DNA of 32,000 bases from Copranaerobaculum intestinale (GTDB taxonomy: Bacteria; Bacillota_I; Bacilli_A; Erysipelotrichales; Erysipelotrichaceae): positions 120,001 to 152,000 of the forward strand of contig NZ_WUUQ01000002.1 in NCBI RefSeq assembly GCF_009831105.1, written 5' to 3'. A model generated the notes under the pieces. That model saw nothing but the letters and a program-made list of their open reading frames with translations. It searched no databases and was not told where the DNA came from. Of the stretch, positions 16,653 to 28,447 are shown in pieces (position 1 is the first letter of the stretch; each line of letters starts with the position of its first letter). The position numbers and the translations under genes are program-made.

Positions 16653-17414
16653 TTATTTCATCATAATATAAGACATATGCCGGCCACAGCTGTGATCGCG
16701 GCGATAAGAGAAGAAACGTTCATTGGGTGCGAATGTATCGTTCTTATCAACACTGATATGATGCTCCTTCAGTCCGGCATTCAGCAGCATCTGCTTATTC
16801 AATCCTTTGTTGTCAATAAAGGCTTTTTCATTAGCTGCATATTTGATGAAGGCATCGGTTGGAAAAGACATCGCTTTTACTTGTTGCACAACCTCTATGC
16901 CTACTTCAAAGCTGCTGGCCGCAATCGCTGGGCCGATATAGGCATGAATGCGCCGTGGATCACAATGTTCCACTTCAATTAAGTGTTGCAGTGCCTTGGC
17001 GGTGATTTCTTTCACGGTTCCCTGCCAGCCGGCATGGATTGCGCAAATGATTTCCTGGATTGGTTCATATAAAAGAATCGGAACACAATCAGCTGTCATA
17101 ACGGTCAAAAGCAAGCCTTTTTCTCTTGTATAAAGGGCATCACAATCCTCAATGCCATCCTCATAGGAAACGGCACCGCGTCCCCGTTCAGCTGCGGTAA
17201 CCGCTTTGATATGGTCACTGTGCGTCTGCTTAGCACATACCCAATCTTGCAGGGAAATTCCTAAATAATCAGAAAACGCGCGGCGGTTGTTTAAGACCTG
17301 TTCCAGATTACCTCCGGTATGCAGGGCGAGGTTGCCGTTTTCCGGCAGATTTATGTCACGAAGCGTTGTTCCCGCCATCAGTCTTGACGGCTTTTTCCAT
17401 GTGATAACATTCAT
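16653..17414 (-). CDS. pgeF: Peptidoglycan editing factor PgeF (YfiH/laccase-domain, DUF152 family)
   Basis: 253 aa from MNVITWKK, with RBS AAGAAGG. Conserved QTHSD, ADCVPI and HAGWQG motifs. Confidence 0.8.
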   Translation of the reverse strand: MNVITWKKPSRLMAGTTLRDINLPENGNLALHTGGNLEQVLNNRRAFSDYLGISLQDWVCAKQTHSDHIKAVTAAERGRGAVSYEDGIEDCDALYTREKGLLLTVMTADCVPILLYEPIQEIICAIHAGWQGTVKEITAKALQHLIEVEHCDPRRIHAYIGPAIAASSFEVGIEVVQQVKAMSFPTDAFIKYAANEKAFIDNKGLNKQMLLNAGLKEHHISVDKNDTFAPNERFFSYRRDHSCGRHMSYIMMK

Positions 17415-17723
17415 ATCAATACCTTCTTTCTTAGTGATGTTTGAAAACGATACTATTATCCTATGCAGCATCATGAGATACATGACGATGTTTGTCTCGA
17501 TCTTTAAGAAAGTATATCAAATATGCTGAAAATTACAATTCAGATGATTTTTGCCAAAAGAGAGTAAAAAGCATACAGCAATTCCTTATATAAATATAGA
17601 AAAGCGGGAAGTATAAAGAAATACACGGTACTTGATCAGGAACATGTCTGTTTTTCTTTGTATATCCTATTTGGAATCGTCATCAACATCCTCTCTTTGT
17701 ACTTCAGAGTATTCTGAAAAAAA

Positions 17724-17750
17724 TTAGCACTAAATAGTTGACAGTGCTAA
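17724..17750 (+). promoter_or_regulatory. CIRCE operator 1 of the hrcA operon, overlapping the -35
   Basis: TTAGCACTA-N9-CAGTGCTAA, compared with the consensus TTAGCACTC-N9-GAGTGCTAA. Confidence 0.85.
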
Positions 17751-17766
17751 CGAAATGGCATATACT
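17738..17766 (+). promoter_or_regulatory. Sigma-A promoter of hrcA-grpE-dnaK-dnaJ
   Basis: TTGACA (17738..17743, inside the CIRCE1 spacer and right arm), 17-nt spacer, TATACT (17761..17766). Confidence 0.75.
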
Positions 17767-17767
17767 G

Positions 17768-17794
17768 TTAGCAGACATGAGATAAGAGTGCTAG
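17768..17794 (+). promoter_or_regulatory. CIRCE operator 2 of the hrcA operon (in the transcribed leader, abutting the SD)
   Basis: TTAGCAGAC-N9-GAGTGCTAG. It is followed immediately by the SD AGAGGAGTG. Confidence 0.75.
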
Positions 17795-17808
17795 AGAGGA
17801 GTGGTGAA

Positions 17809-18822
17809 ATGTTGAATGAACGTCAGACAGCCATCTTCAAAACGATCGTTGAAGAATTTATTCGGACAGCTGAGCCGGTAGGCAGTAAAACACTGATGAA
17901 CATGTTGGATTTTACCTGCTCTTCTGCAACCATACGAAATGAAATGGCGGCGCTGGAAGACATGGGTCTTTTGGAAAAGACACATACCTCGAGCGGACGT
18001 GTTCCTTCCAGTAAGGGATATCGCTATTATGTCGAAAATCTTATGGAAAAACAACTGGATGAATCAGTTAAGAATTCATTGCAGACGGTTTTCAAAGAAA
18101 AGCATTACACGCTTGATGAAGTGGTAAAAAAAAGCTGTGATATTCTATCACAGATGACCAGCCTTACTTCACTGGTGCTGGGACCGGATTCTCGCTCACA
18201 GACCTTGCAGCACATTCAGCTCTTTCCTATTTCGGATCGAACAGCCGTAGCGGTATTCATTACTGATCACGGGCATACGGAAAATAAAACATTCCAGTTT
18301 GATGAGTCGGTATCGCTGAATGATATTCAAACCTGCTGTAATCTGCTGAATGATAAACTGTCCGGGACACCGATCAATCATGTCTTGGAAAAGATGGATG
18401 AAATAAAGCCGCTGATGGCGGCGTGCGTGAAACGGCATGAGGTTTTGTTTGAAGCCTTTGTCAATGCATTCGTTCGGTTCGCCTCGGATAATGTGTACTG
18501 CAGCGGTCAAAGCAATATGCTGTATCAGCCTGAGTTTGCGGATATTGAAAAGCTGAAAGGGCTCATGAAGATGCTGGAGGACAGTTCCCTGTGGCGGCAG
18601 CTGGCTGACCATGAGGGCGATCTCGCGATTCGCATCGGCGAGGACAATGAAGTTCTGCAGTCGAACAATGTATCAGTCGTAGCCAGCAAATTCCATATTC
18701 ATGACGGTGAGGAAGGACAGCTGATGATTGTCGGACCTACTCGTATGCATTACAATCAGGTCGTAGCCCTGATGGAATATATGAGCAGGGTCATTGAAGA
18801 AATGTATCGTGAAGAAAGTTAG
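17809..18822 (+). CDS. hrcA: Heat-inducible transcription repressor HrcA
   Basis: 337 aa from MLNERQTAIFKTIVEEFIRTAEPVGSKTL, a canonical HrcA N-terminal wHTH. The track's start at 17755 would lie on the -10 box and CIRCE2. Confidence 0.95.
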   Translation: MLNERQTAIFKTIVEEFIRTAEPVGSKTLMNMLDFTCSSATIRNEMAALEDMGLLEKTHTSSGRVPSSKGYRYYVENLMEKQLDESVKNSLQTVFKEKHYTLDEVVKKSCDILSQMTSLTSLVLGPDSRSQTLQHIQLFPISDRTAVAVFITDHGHTENKTFQFDESVSLNDIQTCCNLLNDKLSGTPINHVLEKMDEIKPLMAACVKRHEVLFEAFVNAFVRFASDNVYCSGQSNMLYQPEFADIEKLKGLMKMLEDSSLWRQLADHEGDLAIRIGEDNEVLQSNNVSVVASKFHIHDGEEGQLMIVGPTRMHYNQVVALMEYMSRVIEEMYREES

Positions 18823-18832
18823 GAGGTTATCC

Positions 18833-21276
<2,444 letters not shown>

Positions 21277-21278
21277 AC

Positions 21279-21320
21279 AAATACACATTTCCTAGTGTCA
21301 GCGCTAGGATTTGTGTATTT
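21279..21320 (+). promoter_or_regulatory. Strong hairpin directly after dnaK (possible partial terminator or processing/stability element inside the operon)
   Basis: AAATACACAtttCCTAGtgtcagcgCTAGGatTTGTGTATTT. It has 9-bp and 5-bp helices and ends in TTT only. It starts 3 nt after the dnaK stop. Confidence 0.5.
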
Positions 21321-21492
21321 CATCCCTTCATTATGAGATGAATGAAGAAACCGGAGATATCTTGCTTTTCTTGTCAGATATGATAAAATAGCACCCGGTA
21401 TGAAATATGAGAGCTGCCCACAATACGAATCAGCGGCGGCATCGGACATATATAAATTTGCTGCCAGAAAGATGTAGGAGGGTGATGAGGCA

Positions 21493-22605
21493 ATGAGTAA
21501 GAGAGATTATTATGAAGTCCTGGGTATCGAAAAGGGTGCCAGTGACGATGAAATCAAAAAAGCCTATCGTAAAATGGCTAAGAAATATCACCCCGATGTG
21601 AATAAGGATGCGGACGCGGAAGCGAAGTTTAAAGAAATTAATGAAGCCTATGAGGTTCTGGGCGATCCGCAGAAAAAAGCGACTTATGATCAGTTTGGTC
21701 ATGCCGGTATGGAGGGCGCAAACTTCGGTGGTGCCGGGGCATCGGGATTTGGCGGATTTGAAGATTTCGGTGATATTTTCGGGTCGTTCTTTGGCGGCGG
21801 ATTTGGCGGAAACAGCCGTCGGCAGAATACAAACGGACCGCGTAAAGGAAATGATCGCTTTATGCAGATGCGCATTGATTTCATGGATGCCATCTTCGGT
21901 AAGAGTGAAGAAATCACAATTGAATTGGATGAACAGTGCAGCCAATGCTTAGGCAGCGGTGCCCAGTCAAAGGACGATGTAAAAGTATGTTCACGCTGCG
22001 GCGGTTCTGGAACGGTTACTACCCAGCAGCGTACCCCGTTTGGTGTGTTTCAGTCACAGTCGGTATGTCCGGACTGTGGCGGAACCGGGAAAACCATTCT
22101 TCATAAATGCTCCAAGTGTCATGGCAAGGGCTATGAGCATAAACGAGTAAAATTGGATATTAAGATTCCGGCAGGCATTCAGTCCGGTCAGCAGGTGCGC
22201 GTCCCTGGTAAAGGAGAGCGCGGTGCCAATGGCGGCAGTAACGGTGATTTATACATTGAAATTCTGGTTGCCCGTCATAAGACATTTGTTCGTGACGGTA
22301 ATGATATTCGTATTACGGTTCCGATTTCATCAGTTGATGCGACATTGGGAACCAAGGTGGACGTACCGACCGTATACGGTGATGTCGAGCTGACGATTCC
22401 AGCCGGCACGCAATACGGCCAGCAGTTTCGACTGCGCGGCAAGGGTGTGAAAAATCCTCGCGGCGGTCAGGGCGATCAGTACGTAGAAGTACAGGTCGAA
22501 ATTCCGACTAAGCTGAATAAAGAAGAAAAAGAGTATTATGAGAAGATTAAAAAAAGTAAGAGTTCTGAATCTCCATTTGAAAAATTTAAACGGGCATTCA
22601 AGTAA
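21493..22605 (+). CDS. dnaJ: Molecular chaperone DnaJ (Hsp40, type I)
   Basis: 370 aa. J-domain with HPD (KKYHPDVN), a G/F-rich linker and four CxxCxGxG zinc-finger repeats. Confidence 0.97.
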   Translation: MSKRDYYEVLGIEKGASDDEIKKAYRKMAKKYHPDVNKDADAEAKFKEINEAYEVLGDPQKKATYDQFGHAGMEGANFGGAGASGFGGFEDFGDIFGSFFGGGFGGNSRRQNTNGPRKGNDRFMQMRIDFMDAIFGKSEEITIELDEQCSQCLGSGAQSKDDVKVCSRCGGSGTVTTQQRTPFGVFQSQSVCPDCGGTGKTILHKCSKCHGKGYEHKRVKLDIKIPAGIQSGQQVRVPGKGERGANGGSNGDLYIEILVARHKTFVRDGNDIRITVPISSVDATLGTKVDVPTVYGDVELTIPAGTQYGQQFRLRGKGVKNPRGGQGDQYVEVQVEIPTKLNKEEKEYYEKIKKSKSSESPFEKFKRAFK

Positions 22606-22622
22606 AGCTTGCTGAAGTTAAT

Positions 22623-22648
22623 AAGGCATCCCAGCGGATGCCTTTTCC
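22623..22648 (+). terminator. Intrinsic terminator of the dnaK operon
   Basis: AAGGCATCCcagcGGATGCCTTTTCC. Confidence 0.65.
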
Positions 22649-22661
22649 TATGGAGGGAAGT

Positions 22662-22690
22662 TTGTCTTTCCCTAAATACCGTGTTATAAT
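22662..22690 (+). promoter_or_regulatory. Promoter of the ABC-F gene
   Basis: TTGTCT (22662..22667), 17-nt spacer, TATAAT (22685..22690), with an extended -10 TG (22682..22683). Confidence 0.55.
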
Positions 22691-22721
22691 GCCTAAACAT
22701 GAGCATTTGGAGGAAATATTT

Positions 22722-24317
22722 ATGATTGGAACAAATAATGTCAGTGTTCGCTTTGGCGGGCGTACGCTTTATAAAGATGTGAATTTGAAATTTACCGATG
22801 GCAACTGCTATGGCTTGATCGGCGCGAACGGAGCCGGTAAAAGTACCTTTTTGAAAGTGTTAAGCAAAGAATTGAAGCCGGATACCGGGGATGTGTTCAC
22901 CGGACCGCATGAAACAGTATTTACGCTTCAGCAGGATCATTATAAATTTGATGATGTACCGGTGCTGGAAACGGTAATGATGGGAAATGAACGGCTGTAC
23001 CGGATTATGAAGGAAAAAGAACATTTATATACCAAGGAGGGTGAATTTACCGAGGCCGACGGCATCAAGGCCGGAGAACTTGAAGAGGCATTTGCGAATT
23101 TGGATGGATGGAATGCCGAGAGTGAAGCCGCATCGCTGCTGGAATCTCTGGATATTCCGGTAGAGCTTCATCAGGAATTGACGGGGGCGATGACGCCGGC
23201 GCAGAAAGTGAAAATTTTATTGGCGCAGGCGCTGTTTGGAAAACCGGATACGCTGCTGCTGGATGAGCCGACCAATGGACTCGATCTGAAAGCAGTTGCC
23301 TGGCTGGAGCACTTTTTGGTGAACTATGAAAGTACTATTATCGTCGTATCACATGACCGTCATTTTCTGAACAAGGTATGTACGCATATTGCCGATGTCG
23401 ATTACGGGGCGATTAAGATTTTTCCTGGTAACTATGATTTTTGGTATGAATCCAGTCAGCTTTTGGCGAAACAGCTGAAAGATGCCAACAAGAAAAAAGA
23501 AGATAAGATAAAAGAATTGGAATCCTTTGTGGCGCGGTTTTCTGCGAATGCCGCCAAGTCCAAGCAGGCGACCTCACGAAAAAAAATCTTGGATAAGATA
23601 ACTCTTGATGATATCAAACCGTCAACCCGCAAATATCTGTTTATCGATTTTAAAGCTGAGCGGGAATCCGGTAAATCGATTTTGTATGCAGAAAATTTAA
23701 CCGTATCGCTGGAAGGTAAGGAAATGATCAGGAATGTTTCTTTTTCTCTGATGAACGGGGATAAGATTGCCTTGATCGGAAATCCTAACCAGACTTCTTT
23801 GCTGTTAAAGGTTCTGGCAAAAGAGATTGAACCGGATCAGGGTAGTATCGAGATCGGTCAGACGATCACCCCTTCGTATATTCCGGATGACAATTCTTCG
23901 TATTTTGAAGGCGATGAGAGCATATGTGACTGGTTAAGCAAGTATACAAGTATTGATGATATGGGATACATCCGCGGCTTCTTAGGGCGCATGCTGTTCA
24001 GCGGTGAAGAAGCCTTGAAAGCAGTTAATGTTTTATCCGGCGGAGAGCGGGCTCGTTGTATGCTGTCAAAAAGTATGCTGGAAGCTCCCAACCTTTTATT
24101 GCTGGATGATCCGACCAATCATTTGGATTTGGAAGCGATTCAAGCGCTGAATAATGGACTGATCAATTTCAAGCATGAACTGATTTTCACTTCACATGAT
24201 CATCAGTTTATCCAGACCATTGCGAACCGTATTATTGAAATTACTGATAACGGCATCATTGATCGCAGAATGAGCTATGATGAGTACCTTGAAAGAGAAC
24301 TCGGCATCGAAGAATAA
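22722..24317 (+). CDS. ABC-F family ATPase (YbiT-like; two NBDs, no TMD)
   Basis: 531 aa from MIGTNNVSVRFGG, with RBS GGAGGAA. NBD1 Walker A is GANGAGKST and NBD1 Walker B is LLLDEPTN. The inter-domain linker is KKKEDKIKELESFVARFSANAAKSKQATSRKK. NBD2 signature is LSGGERAR. The track's start at 22638 lies upstream of the predicted promoter. Confidence 0.9.
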   Translation: MIGTNNVSVRFGGRTLYKDVNLKFTDGNCYGLIGANGAGKSTFLKVLSKELKPDTGDVFTGPHETVFTLQQDHYKFDDVPVLETVMMGNERLYRIMKEKEHLYTKEGEFTEADGIKAGELEEAFANLDGWNAESEAASLLESLDIPVELHQELTGAMTPAQKVKILLAQALFGKPDTLLLDEPTNGLDLKAVAWLEHFLVNYESTIIVVSHDRHFLNKVCTHIADVDYGAIKIFPGNYDFWYESSQLLAKQLKDANKKKEDKIKELESFVARFSANAAKSKQATSRKKILDKITLDDIKPSTRKYLFIDFKAERESGKSILYAENLTVSLEGKEMIRNVSFSLMNGDKIALIGNPNQTSLLLKVLAKEIEPDQGSIEIGQTITPSYIPDDNSSYFEGDESICDWLSKYTSIDDMGYIRGFLGRMLFSGEEALKAVNVLSGGERARCMLSKSMLEAPNLLLLDDPTNHLDLEAIQALNNGLINFKHELIFTSHDHQFIQTIANRIIEITDNGIIDRRMSYDEYLERELGIEE

Positions 24318-24318
24318 A

Positions 24319-24352
24319 GAAAAACGCGTTTCAGCTAAGAAACGTGTTTTTT
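24319..24352. terminator. Bidirectional terminator shared by the ABC-F gene and cca
   Basis: AAAAACGCGTTTCagctaaGAAACGTGTTTTTT. It overlaps the cca stop codon. Confidence 0.7.
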
Positions 24353-25684
24353 GATATAGGATAGGCAATCCGCTTTGGTATTCGTGATACTTCCTTCAAT
24401 TACTGCCTGTAAAATTATGTTTAAACCCTTCCCAATCTGGACGCCTGCTAATCCCAAGGCTTTCAGATCGTTTCCGTCTACCGCCAAGCTGGCCAGCGTC
24501 AATGCCGGGCATTGCTGTTCCAATTCATTCAAAATTTTCTGACATTGCAATAAAATCTCAATCTTTTCCTTGGCCCGGATTTGCTCCTTTGCTTGATCAT
24601 CTGCGAGCTGTACCTTGATGATTGATCGGCAAAGTGCGTAATCACCTCCCAGTTTTCCTAAGAAACGGCGCATAAAACGCTCATTGGGCTGCAAATAATA
24701 ATCATGGCAGGCGATCAGAGTACATACCGTATCCATGGTGGTATGATCGTATTTCAAACGCTTCATAACCTGCGCTGCCAGCTCTTTACTCACCTTTGCG
24801 TGGTGAGGAAAGTGTCCGTGATGATTTTCATCCAAATACATGGTATCCGGTTTTCCGATGTCATGAAATACGACAGCCAATTTTTCTATCAAGGTATAGC
24901 TGATCGTATGCTGAAGCGCAATCTGAGTATGCTGAAACATATCATATGGGTGCCAAAGACTATGCTGGTTATGATGATACAGCTTGGAAAGCTCCGGAAA
25001 TAGGATCGTTAGTACTCCACTGTCATACAATAGATCAAGTATATGATCATATTCACTCATCAGCATGCGGTTCCATTCGTCACGGATCCGCTCTGCTGAT
25101 ATATAGGTCAGCAGGTGTGCGTGCTTTTTTAGAGCAGACCAGGTATTCTGCTCGATGGAAAAGTGCAAGGTCATGGAGAAGCGCAGGGCTCTAAGCATCC
25201 GCAGCGCATCCTCTTCAAAGCGCTTTTCTGCATCCCCAACACAGCGGATGATCCGCTTGTTTAAATCCTCAAGTCCTCCTACCAGATCAAGCAGTCCTGT
25301 TTCTTCATTGTACGCAAGCGTATTGATCGTGAAATCACGGCGATTCACATCCTCCAGTAGTGTATCAGCGAAGGTCACTTCCTGAGGAGTACGGTGATTC
25401 TGATAATTCTTATCGGTACGGAAGGTTGTTACTTCATAGTTTTCATGATCGATGCGCAGGGTGAGCGTTCCATGCTTTAAACCAGTTGGGATCACGGTGA
25501 TTCCTTTATTTTGAAACAATTCCTGTACGAGTTCAGGCCGTGCTGAGGTTGTGATATCATAATCATGAATCGGCAAGCCCAAAACAGCATCGCGCACACA
25601 GCCGCCTATGATGTATGCGCTGTGATGATTTCGATGCAAAGTATCTAAAATTAAATGAACCGCTTGGGGCAGGACTATATACAT
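24335..25684 (-). CDS. cca: CCA-adding tRNA nucleotidyltransferase with an HD domain
   Basis: Pol-beta nucleotidyltransferase head (IIGGCVRDAVLGLPIHDYDITT, RRDFTINTLAY), HD motif (FHDIGKP) and a C-terminal tail. Three in-frame starts exist: GTG 25693, ATG 25690 and ATG 25684. I prefer 25684 because GGTGAT lies 4 nt upstream. Confidence 0.85.
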   Translation of the reverse strand: MYIVLPQAVHLILDTLHRNHHSAYIIGGCVRDAVLGLPIHDYDITTSARPELVQELFQNKGITVIPTGLKHGTLTLRIDHENYEVTTFRTDKNYQNHRTPQEVTFADTLLEDVNRRDFTINTLAYNEETGLLDLVGGLEDLNKRIIRCVGDAEKRFEEDALRMLRALRFSMTLHFSIEQNTWSALKKHAHLLTYISAERIRDEWNRMLMSEYDHILDLLYDSGVLTILFPELSKLYHHNQHSLWHPYDMFQHTQIALQHTISYTLIEKLAVVFHDIGKPDTMYLDENHHGHFPHHAKVSKELAAQVMKRLKYDHTTMDTVCTLIACHDYYLQPNERFMRRFLGKLGGDYALCRSIIKVQLADDQAKEQIRAKEKIEILLQCQKILNELEQQCPALTLASLAVDGNDLKALGLAGVQIGKGLNIILQAVIEGSITNTKADCLSYIKKHVS

Positions 25685-25746
25685 ATTCATCACCTATATA
25701 TGTATATTATACCGATTCATTCGTGAAAAAGAAAGAATTTCAATAT

Positions 25747-25773
25747 TTAGCACTCTAAGCTTGACAGTGCTAA
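25747..25773 (+). promoter_or_regulatory. CIRCE operator 1 upstream of clpB, overlapping the -35
   Basis: TTAGCACTC-N9-CAGTGCTAA. The left arm matches the consensus perfectly. Confidence 0.85.
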
Positions 25774-25788
25774 ATATCGTGCTATAAT
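25761..25788 (+). promoter_or_regulatory. Sigma-A promoter of clpB
   Basis: TTGACA (25761..25766), 16-nt spacer, TATAAT (25783..25788). Confidence 0.7.
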
Positions 25789-25791
25789 AGT

Positions 25792-25818
25792 ATTAGCAAT
25801 CGTATGATAAGAGTGCTA
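25792..25818 (+). promoter_or_regulatory. CIRCE operator 2 upstream of clpB (in the leader, abutting the SD)
   Basis: TTAGCAATC-N9-GAGTGCTAA. It is followed directly by the SD AAGGAGTG. Confidence 0.8.
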
Positions 25819-25833
25819 AAAGGAGTGATAACC

Positions 25834-28386
25834 ATGAATTTTGAAAAAATGTCAGAAGCTTTACAGGCAGTGATTATGAAAGCGATTGAGATCGTAAAAA
25901 GCTATCATCATCCACAGATAGATACCATTCATCTTTTGAAGGCTATCTTTGAACATGATGTTTTAGACGGTTTATTTACGCGTTTAAATATAGATAAGCA
26001 GAAGGCTCTGTCCATGATTGACCGTGAGATGGGGCGCATCGCTACAAGTGATCAGGCAAATCCGAATTTTTCTAATGAGGCGGCCCGCAGTCTGGAAAAG
26101 GCTCAGCAATGGAGTGATTCCATTGAGGAGTCCTACGTCAGTGTCGCGTCGGTATTTATCGCCTTATTATTCAGCAATGCGTATATTTCCAAGGAATTGG
26201 TAAAAGAATTTCACTTGCGGGAAAAACAGTGCAAGGAAGAAGAATTAAAACGGAGAGGGGGTAAAAAAATGGATACACCAAATGCAGAAAACAATATTGA
26301 GGCGCTTTCCAAATATGGCAGGGATCTGGTTGAAGATGTCAAAAACGGCAAAATTGATCCGGTCATCGGTCGAGATGATGAAATCCGCAGAGTGATTCAG
26401 ATTTTATCACGGAAAACGAAAAATAATCCGGTGCTGATCGGTGAGCCGGGAGTAGGTAAGACTGCGATCGTTGAAGGTATCGCATGGCGCATTATGAAGG
26501 GTGATGTACCGGCATCGCTGAAAGAGAAGCGACTCATTGAATTGGATATGGGTTCCTTGATCGCCGGGGCAAAATACCGCGGTGAATTTGAGGAACGATT
26601 GAAAGCCATTCTTGAGGAAGTCAAGCAGGCGGAAGGCAATATCATTCTATTTATTGATGAAATTCACAACTTGGTCGGAGCCGGTAAAACAGAAGGATCG
26701 ATGGATGCGGCCAATTTATTGAAGCCGATGCTGGCGCGCGGTGAATTGCGCTGTATCGGAGCTACGACATTTAATGAATATCGGCAGTATATTGAAAAGG
26801 ATGCGGCATTGGAACGGCGTTTCCAGCGAGTTCAGGTTGCAGAACCGACAGTGGAGGATACGATTTCCATCCTGCGTGGTTTAAAGGATCGTTTTGAATC
26901 CTATCACGGGGTGAAAATTCTGGATGAAGCAATTATATCCAGCGCGGTGCTTTCTAACCGTTATATCACGGATCGCTTCCTTCCGGATAAAGCAATTGAT
27001 CTGATTGATGAAGCATGTGCAACGCTGCGAGTAGAAATGGAGTCGATGCCGCAGGAGCTCGATGAGCTGATGCGAAAGATCATGCAGTTGGAAATTGAAG
27101 AAACTGCTTTGAAACAGGAAACGGATAAAAAATCTAAAGAACGGCTGGTTGAGATACAAAGTGAGCTGAAAGAACTCAAGCATCAAAAGGATGAGCTGTA
27201 TACAAAATGGGAAGATGAGAAGGCAGTGCTGGCTTCCAGTAAAGAAGATAAAGTAAAGCTGGAAAAAGCCCGGCTCGATCTGGAGCAGGCACAGAATGAA
27301 GCACGGTATGAGGATGCGGCAAAATTACAGTATGCGACGATTCCGCAGCTGGAGAAAAAGATCGCTCAGCATGAGGAGGCAGAGCGCAGTGATGCGTTGA
27401 TTCAGGAAACGGTCAACGAGGAGCTGATTGCGAAAATTGTTTCAAAATGGAGCGGTGTGGAAGTGTCCCGTCTGGTTGAAAGTGAACGCCAGAAGCTGCT
27501 GCATTTAAAAGATGCCCTACAAAAACGGGTCATTGGTCAGGATCAGGCGTTGGAACTGGTCAGCGATGCAATTCTTCGCAGTAAAGCACAGATTCAGGAT
27601 GAGCATCGCCCGATCGGCAGCTTCCTGTTCTTAGGCCCAACCGGGGTTGGTAAGACCGAAGTTGCGAAGGCTCTTGCTGAACAGCTGTTTGACAGTGAAA
27701 CTCACATCATTCGCATTGATATGAGTGAATATATGGAGAAACACAGCGTTTCCCGTCTGATCGGCGCACCTCCGGGATACGTCGGTTATGAAGAAGGCGG
27801 TCAGCTGTCTGAAGCGGTACGGCGTAATCCGTATTCCATCATTTTATTTGATGAGGTAGAAAAAGCGCATCCTGATGTATTCAATGTATTGCTTCAGATT
27901 CTGGATGACGGAAGAATTACGGATTCTAAAGGAGTGACGGTTGATTTTAAAAATACGCTGCTGATTATGACCAGTAATTTAGGTTCTCAGTATGCATATG
28001 AGGAAGACCGTGACAATAAATATATGGATGAAGTAAAACGTTACTTTAAACCGGAATTTATCAATCGTATCGATGAAATTATCGTATTCAATGCATTAGA
28101 TGACGGTATGATGCGAAAGATCGCCCATAAATTTATGCAGGAGCTGATCCAGCGTCTGGCTATGAAGGATATCAAGCTGGAGGTTGATGAGTCTGTTTAT
28201 CAGCAGATAGCTTTGCAGGGGGTTGATCCGGTTTATGGCGCACGTCCGATGAAACGTTATATTCAGCGTCATATCGAAACCCTAATTGCCCGCAGAATGA
28301 TCGAGGGCAGTGCGGAAAAGGATGATTGCATCCAACTCCATGTGAACAATGGTGTCTATGAAGCAAAAATCGTGAAGAACGGTTAA
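25834..28386 (+). CDS. clpB: ATP-dependent chaperone/disaggregase ClpB
   Basis: 850 aa from [11 protein letters not shown]. Two AAA+ modules (GEPGVGKTA and GPTGVGKTE) are separated by a long coiled-coil middle domain. There is no ClpP-binding IGF loop. The track's start at 25804 lies inside CIRCE2. Confidence 0.95.
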   Translation: MNFEKMSEALQAVIMKAIEIVKSYHHPQIDTIHLLKAIFEHDVLDGLFTRLNIDKQKALSMIDREMGRIATSDQANPNFSNEAARSLEKAQQWSDSIEESYVSVASVFIALLFSNAYISKELVKEFHLREKQCKEEELKRRGGKKMDTPNAENNIEALSKYGRDLVEDVKNGKIDPVIGRDDEIRRVIQILSRKTKNNPVLIGEPGVGKTAIVEGIAWRIMKGDVPASLKEKRLIELDMGSLIAGAKYRGEFEERLKAILEEVKQAEGNIILFIDEIHNLVGAGKTEGSMDAANLLKPMLARGELRCIGATTFNEYRQYIEKDAALERRFQRVQVAEPTVEDTISILRGLKDRFESYHGVKILDEAIISSAVLSNRYITDRFLPDKAIDLIDEACATLRVEMESMPQELDELMRKIMQLEIEETALKQETDKKSKERLVEIQSELKELKHQKDELYTKWEDEKAVLASSKEDKVKLEKARLDLEQAQNEARYEDAAKLQYATIPQLEKKIAQHEEAERSDALIQETVNEELIAKIVSKWSGVEVSRLVESERQKLLHLKDALQKRVIGQDQALELVSDAILRSKAQIQDEHRPIGSFLFLGPTGVGKTEVAKALAEQLFDSETHIIRIDMSEYMEKHSVSRLIGAPPGYVGYEEGGQLSEAVRRNPYSIILFDEVEKAHPDVFNVLLQILDDGRITDSKGVTVDFKNTLLIMTSNLGSQYAYEEDRDNKYMDEVKRYFKPEFINRIDEIIVFNALDDGMMRKIAHKFMQELIQRLAMKDIKLEVDESVYQQIALQGVDPVYGARPMKRYIQRHIETLIARRMIEGSAEKDDCIQLHVNNGVYEAKIVKNG

Positions 28387-28414
28387 GGTACGGATATTCC
28401 GTACCTTTTCTTTT
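28385..28414 (+). terminator. Intrinsic terminator after clpB
   Basis: AAGGTACGGatattCCGTACCTTTTCTTTT. Confidence 0.75.
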
Positions 28415-28447
28415 GTGTTATAATAAAGAAAGAAAGCAGGTGCAGTT

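Noticed and set aside
16438-16982. Plus-strand ORFs 16438..16671 and 16596..16982, lying in the spacer and across the pgeF 3' end.
   Set aside because: They have no SD and an AT-rich, low-information sequence. They span a bidirectional terminator and run antisense into the conserved pgeF gene.
22649-22721. A possible ARE-type (vga/msr/lsa-like) leader-peptide attenuator in front of the ABC-F gene.
   Set aside because: The predicted promoter leaves only about 25 nt of leader. There is no leader ORF and no terminator hairpin, so this looks like a housekeeping YbiT-like ABC-F rather than an inducible resistance gene.
28396-28424. A possible promoter for the gamma-CA-family gene (TGtTATAAT at 28416..28424).
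   Set aside because: The extended -10 is good, but the -35 position (ATTCCG) is poor and falls inside the clpB terminator stem. Support is too weak to list as a feature.
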